Positions 26,470 to 38,885 of a DNA stretch of 64,000 nucleotides are shown piece after piece (positions within the stretch are counted from its first letter, which is position 1; each line of letters opens with the position of its first letter). The notes beneath the pieces are model-generated. The model made no database searches. It was given only the letters and a program-made list of their open reading frames with translations, and was not told the origin of the DNA. The stretch covers positions 671,179 through 735,178 of the forward strand of contig NMRA01000147.1 in NCBI GenBank assembly GCA_002633005.1. Direction: 5' to 3'. A program made the position numbers and the translations under genes. The stretch comes from Phoronis australis. Taxonomy: Eukaryota > Animalia > Phoronida.

Positions 26470-28197
26470 AGTAATTGAAGACGGTGGATTCTAGCTACAG
26501 AAATGTTGAATATGCAATACCCACGTGTATGATATACGTCGCCTACTATACTCAGACTTAGCTATTAACTTTTTGTGATAATGAACGAACGTTTATTCGC
26601 CTCCGGCTTTTATTTTTTTTCATTATATCTGGCATTAAAGCACACAGGCTTGAGATACGGTAAATTACTTTATCAGCACATCCCGGAACCCAATATAACT
26701 TAATGGATTGGAAATTAATTTAAATGCTGTAATGTATTTAGGCAACTCTGATTTGCTTTCACCCAGTATCCTTATCAGGCAATACCAGATGCTTTGCACG
26801 AACGCAAGCATTTTAAATATCTCTTTCACCAGTGGTCCAGTGCCTTTGTAAATCCTGAACACTGTTTTACAGCACTTGCTCAAGTGGCCGTCTTCGAATT
26901 CACATTGTTTGATTAATAAATGACGTTTTAATCATATTTGTTTCCTTTCTTATTAGAGACTGGTCAGCAAACCAAAGCCACGAAATGCTAAAGGCCAACG
27001 AAGACAGACTTTCTTGGAAACATGTTCATGCCTTTTGCTTACATCAAATACACGCCGACTGACCAAAACCTACATCGGTAAATTAGTGTCGATGAGTCCG
27101 AGACTGATACTGCCAGATAGAGAACTGTCCAGCGGCAGAGCTTATACTTAAATCACGGGATATTCCTTACAGCAGAGCAAAAGAGGTCATGTGGGTGATA
27201 TAGTTTTGTTTTATTTCCAAAACTATTTCAATTAAACAACAAATTACAATATTTTTTCTCAGGCATCTCAAAAAACCTGCTAACAAAAGTGGGTGGAATG
27301 TCAACAGACAGTATCTGTCTTTTCATTTTTAGGAAAAGGCCAATAAAAATATCTAAAAACGGCTATATAAGTTTGCATCGGGTCCAAGAAACAAACTTTT
27401 GAGTTAATAAAGACCAATTACCACAATAACATTGGTATAAACTTGTTCCTTACTAAGATGGGAAGTGATTTTTGAGTTTGCAAAGACCTGACATGTCATT
27501 AATCCCGGAGACCTTCTAGGTGCATAAACTGACACATGGTCACAAGCCAACTTGTAGAGCATAATCTTAATCACTAACAAGAGCCAGGGTTCTTTCAAAG
27601 CTCCAAAATCCCAGACAATGATTTCATTAAGGAATGATACGAGATGAGACCAATTTCACAATGGTAAGTGGTCTAAATTAAATATTTTTCTGATGAAAGG
27701 TGGATATATGGTTGTTTCAACAGTCCAGGAAGTTTAATCCTGTCTACTAAAAACATCACAGGAATGACAGGAAACCAACACTTGTCCTAAAATAAAGGAT
27801 AAATCAATAGAAGCCTACTACAACTGTGTATAGTAAATTGACTAGCATTACATGCAATCCACTACACAGACTGAAGTCATGCTCTCTCTGAGTGTTGGTT
27901 ATGCAAATACATACAAATATGTTAATGAAATCTCCAGTCACCATCATCATCTGTGAATTTCTTCAATTGATTCCTTAAAACTATAGCAGGAACCAATAAA
28001 TAAAGACTGATCATGGTGAAAGGGCATATCAACAATGCACTGTCGATCACATTTTGAGTCTGTGGGCACAAACTGGCGCACACCTCATAAACAATAACAA
28101 AGCTATGTACAAATATGAGACACATAGAATATGGACACAATTTCAATATTTCACCTTTGTTATAAATATTTACACCTAGAATTGCTATTAAATAACA

Positions 28198-31100
28198 TCA
28201 GTAGTCTCCGCCCCATGCTGACTCATCAAATGGATCTATTTGCCTCTTGGCATACCGTTGCTTGAACTCACTACCTAACATGTCAAGATCCTTCTCATCT
28301 CGGATGACGCCCTGAAATTGGATTGAAAACATATTAATTAAAGAACCACTCCAAGGCTAATACTCTCAAGAGAGACTGTAGCATTTCAATTTGCCATCCT
28401 CAAACCCATTTAAGTTTTCCTCCTTACATAAAAGTTATCACATGTTTCAAAGCAGAAACACAGGCTTTGATGTAACAGCAAAACCGAGTGGGAAATATCC
28501 AAACATCACAAACAAGGAAATGAAACAATTACAATGAACGAACTAGTGTCCTCTGATAATGAAGCCTTTCTAAGCTAGGGTATACCTCACAATGTAGTAA
28601 CTTACATCATAAACCTCTATCATGAACAAACGAGAGAGCATACTGCAGTGCCACGAACTTCTCATTTAAGCCACAGTATTCCAGTTAGGATGACCCAAAA
28701 CAGTTTTAAACAACGCTTCGAATGGTCCCTTCAACATCGCTTTATGCAAGATCCACATCTTACACATGGCAAGCATAACAACTCTCTCCTCAAACAACCT
28801 TCCAATCTCATCAAAGGAAAAGAATCACTGATGACAAATACTTCAAAAGGAACTCAGTAATTCAAAGACAAATTTTAACGTTTCCCTTTTACTCAAAAAC
28901 ATTGAAACTAGTCCCCATATCATAGCATAGTAATGCAAGACTGACCTTTGGTAAGTATCCCAGTAGACGCTGGGCGTGTTCTTTGAGCAGCTTTTGCCGT
29001 TCCTCCTCCACGATCTGCAGGCGGTATTTCTCCAGAGCCTCTTGACGTGCCTTTTCATCAAGCTCTGCCTCCTGCAATATTGAATGGCAAGTTAGCTTGG
29101 ATATCACACAGCATCGACAAAGTATGCACAGAGTTAGCTTGGATATCACACATCATCGACAAAGTATGCACAGAGTTAGCTTGGATATCACACAACATCG
29201 ACAAAGTATGCACAGAGTTAGCTTGGATATCACACAACATCGACTAAGTATGCAGAGTTAGCTTGGATATCACACAGCATCGACAAAGTATGCACAGAGT
29301 TAGCTTGGATATCATGCAGCATCGACTAAGTATGCACAGATAGTACAAGAGGTGAGATGGAATGCAAGTTTTGATCTTCTGGAATTATAATGAAGGAAAA
29401 AAGTCTTATGGTATTATTGCCAAAGGACAATTACCAGATGATTGGACAGAAGCGTATCGATTTTTTAATATGCCCTTGCAACCTTTCTTTCCAGTTTAAT
29501 GTATTCTGCCCTTCTTGGCAGTTCGTTACCATCAACTAATGCATGTTTGATTATTCCTTTTTTATTGTTCAAATGGTTCCAACATTATTGTGAATGACAT
29601 GACCACATTTTTCCAAAACTTTGTATGAGTGTAGCTGCGGTAAAACTCTTGAATATGGAAAAGCACTTAGTTTGGGGCTGCGTATGGAGCATAGAAAAAT
29701 GATGAAATAAATTTTCACTTGAAGGCTATCCTGGGTTCTGAATACGAGAGATTTTTTTACAGTTAATTTGTTTTAATGATCATTTTTTACCAACTTAATT
29801 AGACATTTGGCTTCTTCAACCGTTGAGCATCACTAACTTTGAAAAGTCACAAGATGGAAAACAAGTCACAAACCAAAGCAGGGGGTCACTAAAATAACTG
29901 CAAAGTCAGTTGCCCAGAAGATGTTTTATTACCCTTGATGGCCTCTTGAAATTTGACAGGCACAATGAATTGTGGGATATGCCACAGTAAGACTGCTTTC
30001 TAACATCATGAAACGTCATGTTTCCCGGTTTTGTGTGCAAAAAAATTTTACAAATGGTTGGGAAGGAGACAGGTGATATAATTATCTGATACAAATTTTG
30101 TTAAATTTATATTTCTGTGCCACATTTCAAGGTTCATTGAGACCTTTGTAAGCAACAGATGGAGATTTACTACACAGCAGGAATATTAAAGGCCACCACT
30201 ATACTACATACCCTATCCCTGGCAAACTGCGCCCTCCTGTCTTCCAGCAGCTGTTCAACTGCCCTCTTGTGTTCAAGCTGTTTCATTCGTCTCTTCTGCG
30301 CATTCATCTGCTCAATTCGGTCATCCTCAGCAAACTTGGCCAACATCTAAAGGAAAATAAGAAAAGACATTGTGACGGACGCGAAAACGGGTTGGACATT
30401 TCTGCTGACTAAAACATCGGCTATTTTTAGCAAAAGGAGATGGTTGTGAATTGTAGAAGCCCTGTTCCTACCTGTCGCTTAAAGTCTTCCTCTTCCTCCT
30501 TCTCCGCTTGTTGTCGCATTGCCTTGTACTGCATCTGATCAGCATGTGTCCGCTGCAACTCCAGACGGCCACGAATCCGAGCCTCCAAGTCCGCCTATGA
30601 GAACAGAGACACAATATATCAAGTTGGTAACAAAAGGAGGGAAATCATTATAGCTGTTAGTTCCTTTACCACAACTGAAAATTTCTATAACAAAAACGAG
30701 TTCTGATAATTATTACAAGGGATTACTTGTGAAAAATTTGAATGTAGAACCTGTTTGGGACAGCAAAAAACAATATTGTTAAATGGAACAAAAATGACCA
30801 CGTTAACCATTCATGTCTAGTGTGTGAACTTTTTGTTTTAATTCACCATCCCAGCGCACCAAATAGACAACAGCCTCACATTATCTGAAATTACTGCTGC
30901 AATAATGCAAAGGATATCTGACACCCAGTCAGCCAACCATGACAATTTTAAACACGACTGAGCGATGGCAGCACTTACCCTCTCCTTCTGCCGTTCTTTC
31001 TCCTCCTGTTCCTCTATGTATAACTCTAACCTCACACGTTCCATCTCCTCACGATCTGCCTCAGCCTGGGCAATGTCACTGGCCAGCTGGAATCCAAGGA

Positions 31101-33789
31101 AGATATTGTTATGTAATCATGAGTAAGTGCTTCAGAGTAGACTATAACAAAGCTCTATTTGATTTAAATAATTGCATTTATTTATTATTGATTGAAATCT
31201 ATAAATCTATGTTGTAAAGGTTGCCATATTATGTAAGCTTAAATTATTTAATATGCAATTCAATTAAATATTTATTTAATTACTATGTAGTCCTCAAAAA
31301 ATATTCAACAACTGAAATGTGATGCATGATACTACTCATATTATCAACGGAAAATAGTTAAGTTAAACATTAATGGAACGAGATGTAATCTTTCATCTAA
31401 TGTCATTCTGTTGGGTACAACAAACATACCTCATAAAAATTTTCTTCAATGCTAGACAAAGTAAAATATTCCTAACGTTGGTCCCAACTTTTCATAATTC
31501 ACAAGAAGTTGAATTTCGCATCGCCCATTTCCAAGATAGCAACTAGTTCAACACTCACCCTAGCCTGCACAGCGGCCATGGCTTCATCACGTGCGCGCTT
31601 CTCCTCGGTCCTTGCCTCCTCACGCTCTTTCTGTACATTTGCGTAGCGCATGATATTCCTGTTCTCCTCTTCCATAGCCTCGCGCTCTTTACGTCGCCAG
31701 TCTGCCTGCATCTGCTTGAACTCTTCAATGTACTGCTGCTGCATTTTCTTGTTCGCCAGCTCCAACTCTCGCTCCCTGGAGACAAAGCAGACGTCACCAA
31801 GTTTATTTATTGTTTACACGAAATACTATGGCTTTATGCTCGCAAACCAGTGGATCATCGATGGCCATCTGTGAACTGTTTATGGTTGACTTGGCATGCA
31901 TGGCATATAAAATCTTGCTTTCATGTGGCTGAAACTGATGCAGCATGGTGCTTTTTTACATAGAGAGACTGGCTTCAGAATAAGCTGGGGTAAAGACCAA
32001 AATCATCTATGATTTTTTTCTTACTTTACTTAATAAGCCCTGCCTCCAACACCACCTAACTCCTCCCATCTCAACCTCCGACCTCACAATGCTCTGCCAC
32101 CCACTCAACACTCACCTCTGGTCTTCCTCATAGATCTTCCTCACAATCTCGTCAATCATCAACTTCTCCTTCAGGAACTCCTCATACGCCTGCTGTTTCT
32201 TGATCTCCTCTTCCTCCAGTTGTCTCTCCAGTTCCTGCTGGTACCGCACTTGCTCATGGTAGTTCTCCATCTCACGTTCGCGTGCTGCCTGCTGTGCGCG
32301 CTCATTCTCCTCTTTCATAAGTCGAGCAATTTCTGCATCACGAGCCTATGGAACGATGAGACAAAACTTAAAATAATAATAAATGAATACAACATAGAAT
32401 GTTTCAAATAATTCAATCTGGATAACAAATTGAGAAGCTTCAAATTTTAGTGAAAGATACAAAAATCTGCAAAATTATTTTCTAAGGAGACGGGGTATTT
32501 TCTAAAAAATCTTGATTTTTCATCGAGCTTGCAATGAGTTCTGAATTTTTTTGCACCGAACGTACCAATTCTCATTAACTACAGAAGTATGTCAGGGAAT
32601 TTTGGTTCCAGGTTTCCTGTTATGTCTATTCTTGTTGTATTTTGTGTCTGCGTTTCAACTTACCATGTCGTCATATTTTATGGCCTCTTTCTCAGCTAGC
32701 TGCGCAGCCCTCTCTTTGTTCATGTAAGCTGCTTTTAACTGTGCTTCAAGTTCACGTAACTCAGTGCTGCAATGATAATACAACATTTTAATCGACACAC
32801 AAAGCGAATGCTCGGATCAGAGCAGGCCATCTCTAACACCAGAATTTGACAGAAAATCTCTCAGTTCCAAGTTCATTTAAGGCTCAGTTTTTTCCAACAA
32901 GGTGGTTTGCATCAGGTGGTCATCCACAGACATTCAATAACATCGAAGGTTGATTGTGACCAACATAGATAATGCCACAACTTCAAATCTCACAAAGTGG
33001 CGTGGATTAGACACCATGCAGCTGTTCTCCCTGTTCTCCATGATTTTTTTTTTGGATAACTTTACTCAACCGGGATGCAACAGCTATATTTAGAACAGAT
33101 TTAAAAACATTGCTGCTAATGGTCTGTATTTCGAAAACCAGATTTCTCCACCCAATAATGGGAATCTCAAAATCCCTGTAAGTGGCAATTGCTGCATTGT
33201 TATGATATGAACTGTGTTGTCATAATTGTAATACCTGGGTGCTCAAAATAGCTTCAGAAAATTAATTTGGGTGACAAGAAAGATCTTTCAAAGCTTTAAC
33301 ACAGTTGAAGCAAACCTCACCTGGTTTCCCTGATCTGTTGTCTCGTCTTTTCATCTCTCATTTTGTCCAACTTTATTCTTTCTAGTTCGGCAGCTAGTCG
33401 TTGGTCCTGTTCAATCTGTTCCTTCTTTACCTGGCTGTCTCGTAATGACTGCAATATAATCAGCACACGTTTAGACATAGTGTCACTCTGTCGCATTTTC
33501 TGGATAATAATAGCACACATGATCATTTGAAAATCACCACACATCAAGCACATTACAGTCATTTGAAACATATCACCTTTTGAATCGCTTCATCCATTTC
33601 ATGTTCCCTTTTCTCTTGTTGTAACCGCCGCAGGTAGCGCCTCTCTTCCACTCGATCTTCCCCCTCGATTGTGGCTTTCAGCATCGCCTCATCACGGAGG
33701 TTCCTCATTCTGTCTTCCCTTGCCTCCTCACTCACGCGGTTCTGTTCTCGCTGCTTGAGCTGAGTGGCATGGTTGCGTCGAACTGTGGC
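28198..33789 (-). CDS. MNS1: Meiosis-specific nuclear structural protein 1 (trichoplein/TPH coiled-coil ciliary microtubule inner protein); start exon not located
   Basis: Exons (transcript order) 33789-33577, 33448-33321, 32766-32664, 32345-32116, 31775-31559, 31086-30979, 30594-30472, 30346-30212, 29071-28946, 28311-28198 (TGA), all GT-AG and phase-consistent. Diagnostic peptides: ELRELEAQLKAAYMNKERAAQLAEKEAIKY, AYEEFLKEKLMIDEIVRKIYEED, MLAKFAEDDRIEQMNAQKRRMKQLEHKRAVE, IVEEERQKLLKEHAQRLLGYLPKGV. Confidence 0.95.
29090..29340. repeat. 42-bp minisatellite x6 adjacent to an MNS1 splice acceptor
   Basis: Unit agttagcttggatatcacacagcatcgacaaagtatgcacag at 29090, 29132, 29174, 29216, 29256 and 29298. 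Confidence 0.95.
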
Positions 33790-34808
33790 CTACACACAAC
33801 AACAAGGAGACTATCATGCAAACAGTGAATTTAGGGGGATGGCAAAAACATAAATGCTGCATATTCAGGAGCCAAGTTTTACCCTTTACAGTGACAAAAC
33901 TTTTGAACCCAACTCAACAACAAGGAATCAAGGAATTGCATCTTGGCCAAGTAGTTGGGGGCAAGGGGGGAGTGTCCTTAAGTATTCATGAGGTGTTGAT
34001 GACTGCAAAGGCGGATAGAAGTCTGAAACTAAGAGATGACTGGATGGCTAAAATAAGTGTGGAAGTAATTTTATACTTGGTTAGTCAATGCTTTTACCAC
34101 ATGACCAGAAAAATTACTCTATATCACATACTGCAAAATGGCAGTGTTGTCGCAATCTTTGGGACTTCAGGAACCACTCGACACGCTTTTATCAACGTCT
34201 ACAGGAGGTTAGTTAAAACAGAGCAAAAAAAATGAAAAAATGTCTTAAATCATTAGGCAACTTATCATTGCCATCAGTTAATGTGTTTGAGTGTGAAATT
34301 GCAAGTCGTACACTGATCAAAGATTTAGGATTTGCTCAGGAATTTCGATCATCTCAAGTAGGTGCATAACCTGGCTAGAATGGTCTGACAACAAAATTAC
34401 AATATGTAGAAAATTGTGTTTGACATACAATCGAATAAAGCCTCTCCAAATAGCCAACTGACACTTGGCTGAATACGTTTGGATTCTTGGCTCACACGCG
34501 GGAGACGCACAGTTCGCATCACAGTATGAGAGGATTTTAGACAGTGGGCAAGTTACCCATAAGGACCACCAATTTTACTCTCTAGGGCAGTGTTTATTGT
34601 GGACCACCTACTCAAATCAACTCCCCCGACATTGCCAATCAGGGACCACCAAAAAGCGGCATGGCTGTTAATCAACTTGTGTGGAAAGGAGTCAAAATTC
34701 AGCATACCTGTACATTAAGCTGACCACCCTAGCAGTCAGTACTACACACTGGTGACCTAAAGTCATGAATATAAGCATAAAAATCAGCTAATTGCCATAC
34801 TACACAAT

Positions 34809-34822
34809 GTCCATTTAGCAAC
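34809..34822. promoter_or_regulatory. RFX X-box-like motif upstream of MNS1
   Basis: GTCCATTTAGCAAC has one strong X-box half-site (TAGCAAC) and lies ~1 kb upstream of the first mapped coding exon of a ciliary gene. Confidence 0.35.
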
Positions 34823-35599
34823 TGCTCATGTAATGTCATGGACATATATCAGCCTTCACAATTATACGTGTTTTGCCAATCTTAACACTTGTTTTGTTTG
34901 TCTTCGTAAGCAGTTTTGAAATGGTTGCTGATATCGCTGGCCATTTTGAAAGAGGCCCTAAAGTCGTGACCATTTTGTTTAGACGGAAATGCACAAAGTA
35001 AGACCACACAAATCAACTACAGCGCTTGCATTACATAAAAATGCATTGCATTGTTTATTAATTCAGTTTCAATTAAAATAAATTGTTATATGTTTCGCAC
35101 CCAACTTTGACGTGCACAGAAATTTTCAATGATGTTGTTTACGTAAAATGCTAAGCACCCAGCATCAATTATCTCTCCGTATTTTTTGCTTCGGCCTTAC
35201 AATACTTGATCGGCCCTGGGACATTTTGACACATTGTTCAAGCTACCCCTGGAGCACATGTTACAACAAATCTGAAAGATGTTTAGTGGATTAGTGAAAT
35301 ATGCTGTTTTAAAATACATTATTTGTAAAAAGAAGCCTACCACTCACTAGCTGTTTATTTACAATCAACACGTCTGGGTATTTGTTTGATGTTTGTAAGC
35401 AGCCGAACACTGGAAACTTCAACGCTAGATGTAGCAGGACCGCGCAGAAGCAGAAGATAAGATCATTCACAACTCACAACTATAGGACCTCTGACCGTAC
35501 AACAGGGCCCTGGTCGGACTAGGCAATCATATCACAAGTCTGGAGACGATTCAGTAAAGATAATTCGAACAAATCGATAAAAATCTGTCGCGGTTTGCT

Positions 35600-35914
35600 T
35601 GTGTAGCTATTACCGGGTGCCATTTTGACCAATAAAAAGTCCAAGGGACACAAATCTTACAAATTTCACCTGATACCTTCCCATGCTATTTTGCAAGTGT
35701 CACGTGCCAGCGTCACGTGCTTCGCTCAGTCTCGCGCTAGCCTTTGCCTAACTCACGTGACTCAGTTGAAATACTTTGTGGTTATCGTGCACGTGGTGAA
35801 AAAGTTAACGGTGATAAAAAAGTGGAGTTGGAATTCTTCGCCAAAGTCACCTTAATTGTTGTAACTAAGCTTCATCGAAGATATGTGTAGAAGTAGAAAG
35901 GACCACTGAAGAAA
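35600..35914. promoter_or_regulatory. Putative bidirectional MNS1/CHTOP promoter with E-box cluster and probable CHTOP non-coding first exon
   Basis: CpG-enriched. Four CACGTG hexamers at 35701, 35714, 35754 and 35790. + strand donor gaaa|gtaagc after 35914. Lies between divergently oriented genes. Confidence 0.55.
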
Positions 35915-36668
35915 GTAAGCACTTTTTTAAGTGATTAAGTTTGAAGTGTGGAATGTATTTTTGACAAGGTGCAAACTCCTAATCAGTGGCCGAATTTGGT
36001 CTACCACCCGTTTAAAATACACCGGACGAAATTCGTACTGAAAGTGATGGGAAGTATTCTAGCCCCTAACCAGCCAACCGAGGGGCTTATGTGTTGCCTC
36101 AGACTAGTTATCAGTCACTGATTTAGAGAATCATTTTCACTCACTGAATAATAACTGGCCCGTTATTCAGAGATCTTACCAGTGCCCAACACTACACTAC
36201 ACTACAGTAGTCCGTGTCTGAGAGACGGCCAGTACTAAAAGTATTCAACTCTCCAGACCATGCAGCTCATGCCTACTGTGTACTGGGCCACTGGCTACCT
36301 GCCTGCTGGGTCGACAAATGCGGTGAGTTCGACTTTAACACAAGTTCAAGGGCTAAACTAAGCGTTGCCCCTTGAGTGAAACTGTGCGAAAAGCCTGCAA
36401 AAACAGAATAAAGCTACTTTACCATGTTTGTATTACGAATCCTCTTATAACGATAAATGTTCTCGTACTAAACACAGATTCACTTCGATCAATGTCAAAT
36501 AAAAATGGCGATGTTGCAGACCAAGTAGGCCACCCGACCAAGTTAACTTGGTCGGCTTACATGGTCGGACCTCGCAGACCAAGTAGATACCTCCGACCGA
36601 GTTGCAAGGTACCGTTGATACCTGAATGTTTGCCATAGTGTTATAATATGAACGGTTCCACCAAATAC

Positions 36669-37080
36669 NNNNNNNNNNNNNNNNNNNNNNNNNNNNNNNN
36701 NNNNNNNNNNNNNNNNNNNNNNNNNNNNNNNNNNNNNNNNNNNNNNNNNNNNNNNNNNNNNNNNNNNNNNNNNNNNNNNNNNNNNNNNNNNNNNNNNNNN
36801 NNNNNNNNNNNNNNNNNNNNNNNNNNNNNNNNNNNNNNNNNNNNNNNNNNNNNNNNNNNNNNNNNNNNNNNNNNNNNNNNNNNNNNNNNNNNNNNNNNNN
36901 NNNNNNNNNNNNNNNNNNNNNNNNNNNNNNNNNNNNNNNNNNNNNNNNNNNNNNNNNNNNNNNNNNNNNNNNNNNNNNNNNNNNNNNNNNNNNNNNNNNN
37001 NNNNNNNNNNNNNNNNNNNNNNNNNNNNNNNNNNNNNNNNNNNNNNNNNNNNNNNNNNNNNNNNNNNNNNNNNNNNNNNN
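36669..37080. other. Assembly gap (N run)
   Basis: Continuous Ns. ORFs spanning it are artefacts. Confidence 1.
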
Positions 37081-37211
37081 ATTCATTGAAATACAAACAG
37101 TTTCAAGTAACGCCAATTAAAGACAAGTATAAGTGGTGGCATTTTGGAAACGAACATTTGACTGACAAGACCGCAATGGCTCACCTTTGGCCTATTTAAA
37201 AATTATTGAGG

Positions 37212-37534
37212 TTATGAAGTCACACCACCTAGCGAGCGCGGTAAAAGTTGGAGCGTGCGCAGTACAAAAATTTTGATTTCACGATTTTGGGAACTGAAAT
37301 AGGGACTGCTCGAAGAAAAAGTTTCATAACGGGAGTATTTGTTCGAGTTGGAAGAACTTAAACACATCGACAACCTCCTAAGGTGTTCCTCTATGCGCAA
37401 ATGGTATTTATAACAACATGACTTTGATGGTTTAGTTGGTGCAAGGCATAATTCGCCGAAAAGCTTCCGGCGTACAGAGCGCCTATAGCCTCTACATCGC
37501 CTCTGGTTCGGGCCAACAGAGGCGATGGTCATTG
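37212..37534. mobile_element. Foldback/MITE family A, right-arm copy
   Basis: Similar to 60106-60361 (ttttgggaactgaa...cctaaggtgt...ggcataatt...agaggcgatggtcattg). Confidence 0.75.
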
Positions 37535-37771
37535 CCTAGCCCGCCGTAGGAGTAGTTCTGGAAACTCGGACGGCGGTAAAATTTGGACGAGTAAATGTCA
37601 AATATGATAACAACCAAGATGCCTTACCAGTACCACTAAATGAAATGTTTATTCAATTTATTGAACAATTTCATGATTTTTACTACCTCACTTGAATTTA
37701 AACAAAGTTTCATCACACATGATGCATGCTTCAGTACCTTACTTTTTACGTTGCTCTGCCGTTAGACAGTG

Positions 37772-38075
37772 ACAGTGGTCACCGCCTCTACCTGTCCCAG
37801 TAGAGACAGTGGAGCTCCTGTAGGAGCTTCATACGCTGGAAGCTTTTCGTCGAATTATGCTTCACACTGAGTTAAACATCAAAGTCACATTGTTATAAAT
37901 ACCTTTTGCACTTAGAGGGACACCTTAGGAGGCTGTCGATATATTTAATAATCCTTCCAACTCGAAGAAATACTCCCGTTATCAAAATTTTTCTTTGAGC
38001 AGTCCCTTGTTCAGTTCCCAAAATTGATAACTCATCATTTTTAATAGTGCGCGTGTCAGGGTGGTATGTCGTCAT
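37772..38075. mobile_element. Foldback/MITE family A, left-arm copy
   Basis: Similar to 59746-60020 (acagtggtcaccgcctcta...gggacaccttaggaggc...gttcagttcccaaaa). Confidence 0.8.
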
Positions 38076-38885
38076 ATTTCCTGCACTCGCAAAAACTCCA
38101 AAGGCATGACAAATTGTCTATTGAGACAGTCTTTCGAGACACCTTGTTTCAATTTTATTAAACATTTGTTAGGGTGAGAATTACTCATTTTGAAACAGAA
38201 CACTGTCGGCCATAGACTTGGAGTTATTTCACGGCCTCATGCTTGGTATTAACAGCGTGCTTTTCATTCTTGACTGCCGTGAACCACTTCCGAAGCATGT
38301 CAGGTTCTCAAGAAAATTTAAAAAAGATATACCCACTTTCCTCGCAGCTTCATGGTTCGCACTGTCGGGAATGATACGCCACACCATAGCAGCATACACT
38401 CAGCTGAAGGCCAGTTCAGATGGATGATCACTGTCTAAAGTGACGTATGACTATAGCACAGGCTTCCTCAGCTTCCTTCCAACTTTAGCAAATACTCCTG
38501 TTTACAAACTTTTTCAAGCAGTGACCTTTTTCAGTTCAATGTCATATCTCTTGGCGTGCCTCAGTGTTACAAATGGTGAATGAAGCGCCTATGTGTGCTT
38601 CATCATCTCTAAGGCCAGTAGAGATGGTGGTCAATACCTAATGTCACTTGCCAGTGAACGGTCACTTTCAATTCACTTCACAGATATGTAGTAAATACTG
38701 AAAGAACTTTGAAGCAACAAATTAACTTATCTAACAAATTAACTTATCTGACAGTCATGTTTTAATCATCTACAAGCAAGACTTATTTGAGTTCTGCTAA
38801 AACGATCCATTATTAATGGTCTTTCTGATGAATACTCCACAGTAGCTTAACCTTTTTATTCTTTCCCTTTTCAGGCTACTTCATC

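Noticed and set aside
29090-29340. CRISPR-like regular repeats (also 7121, 11080, 63595)
   Set aside because: Head-to-tail units with no unique spacers, in a eukaryotic context with no cas genes.
34700-35630. Candidate MNS1 start exons (ATG contexts near 34973, 34944, 34715, 35623)
   Set aside because: None combines a convincing donor with the phase 0 needed to join the exon at 33789, so the start is left unassigned.
36445-37199. Long ORFs of 151-223 aa
   Set aside because: They span the N gap and are artefacts.
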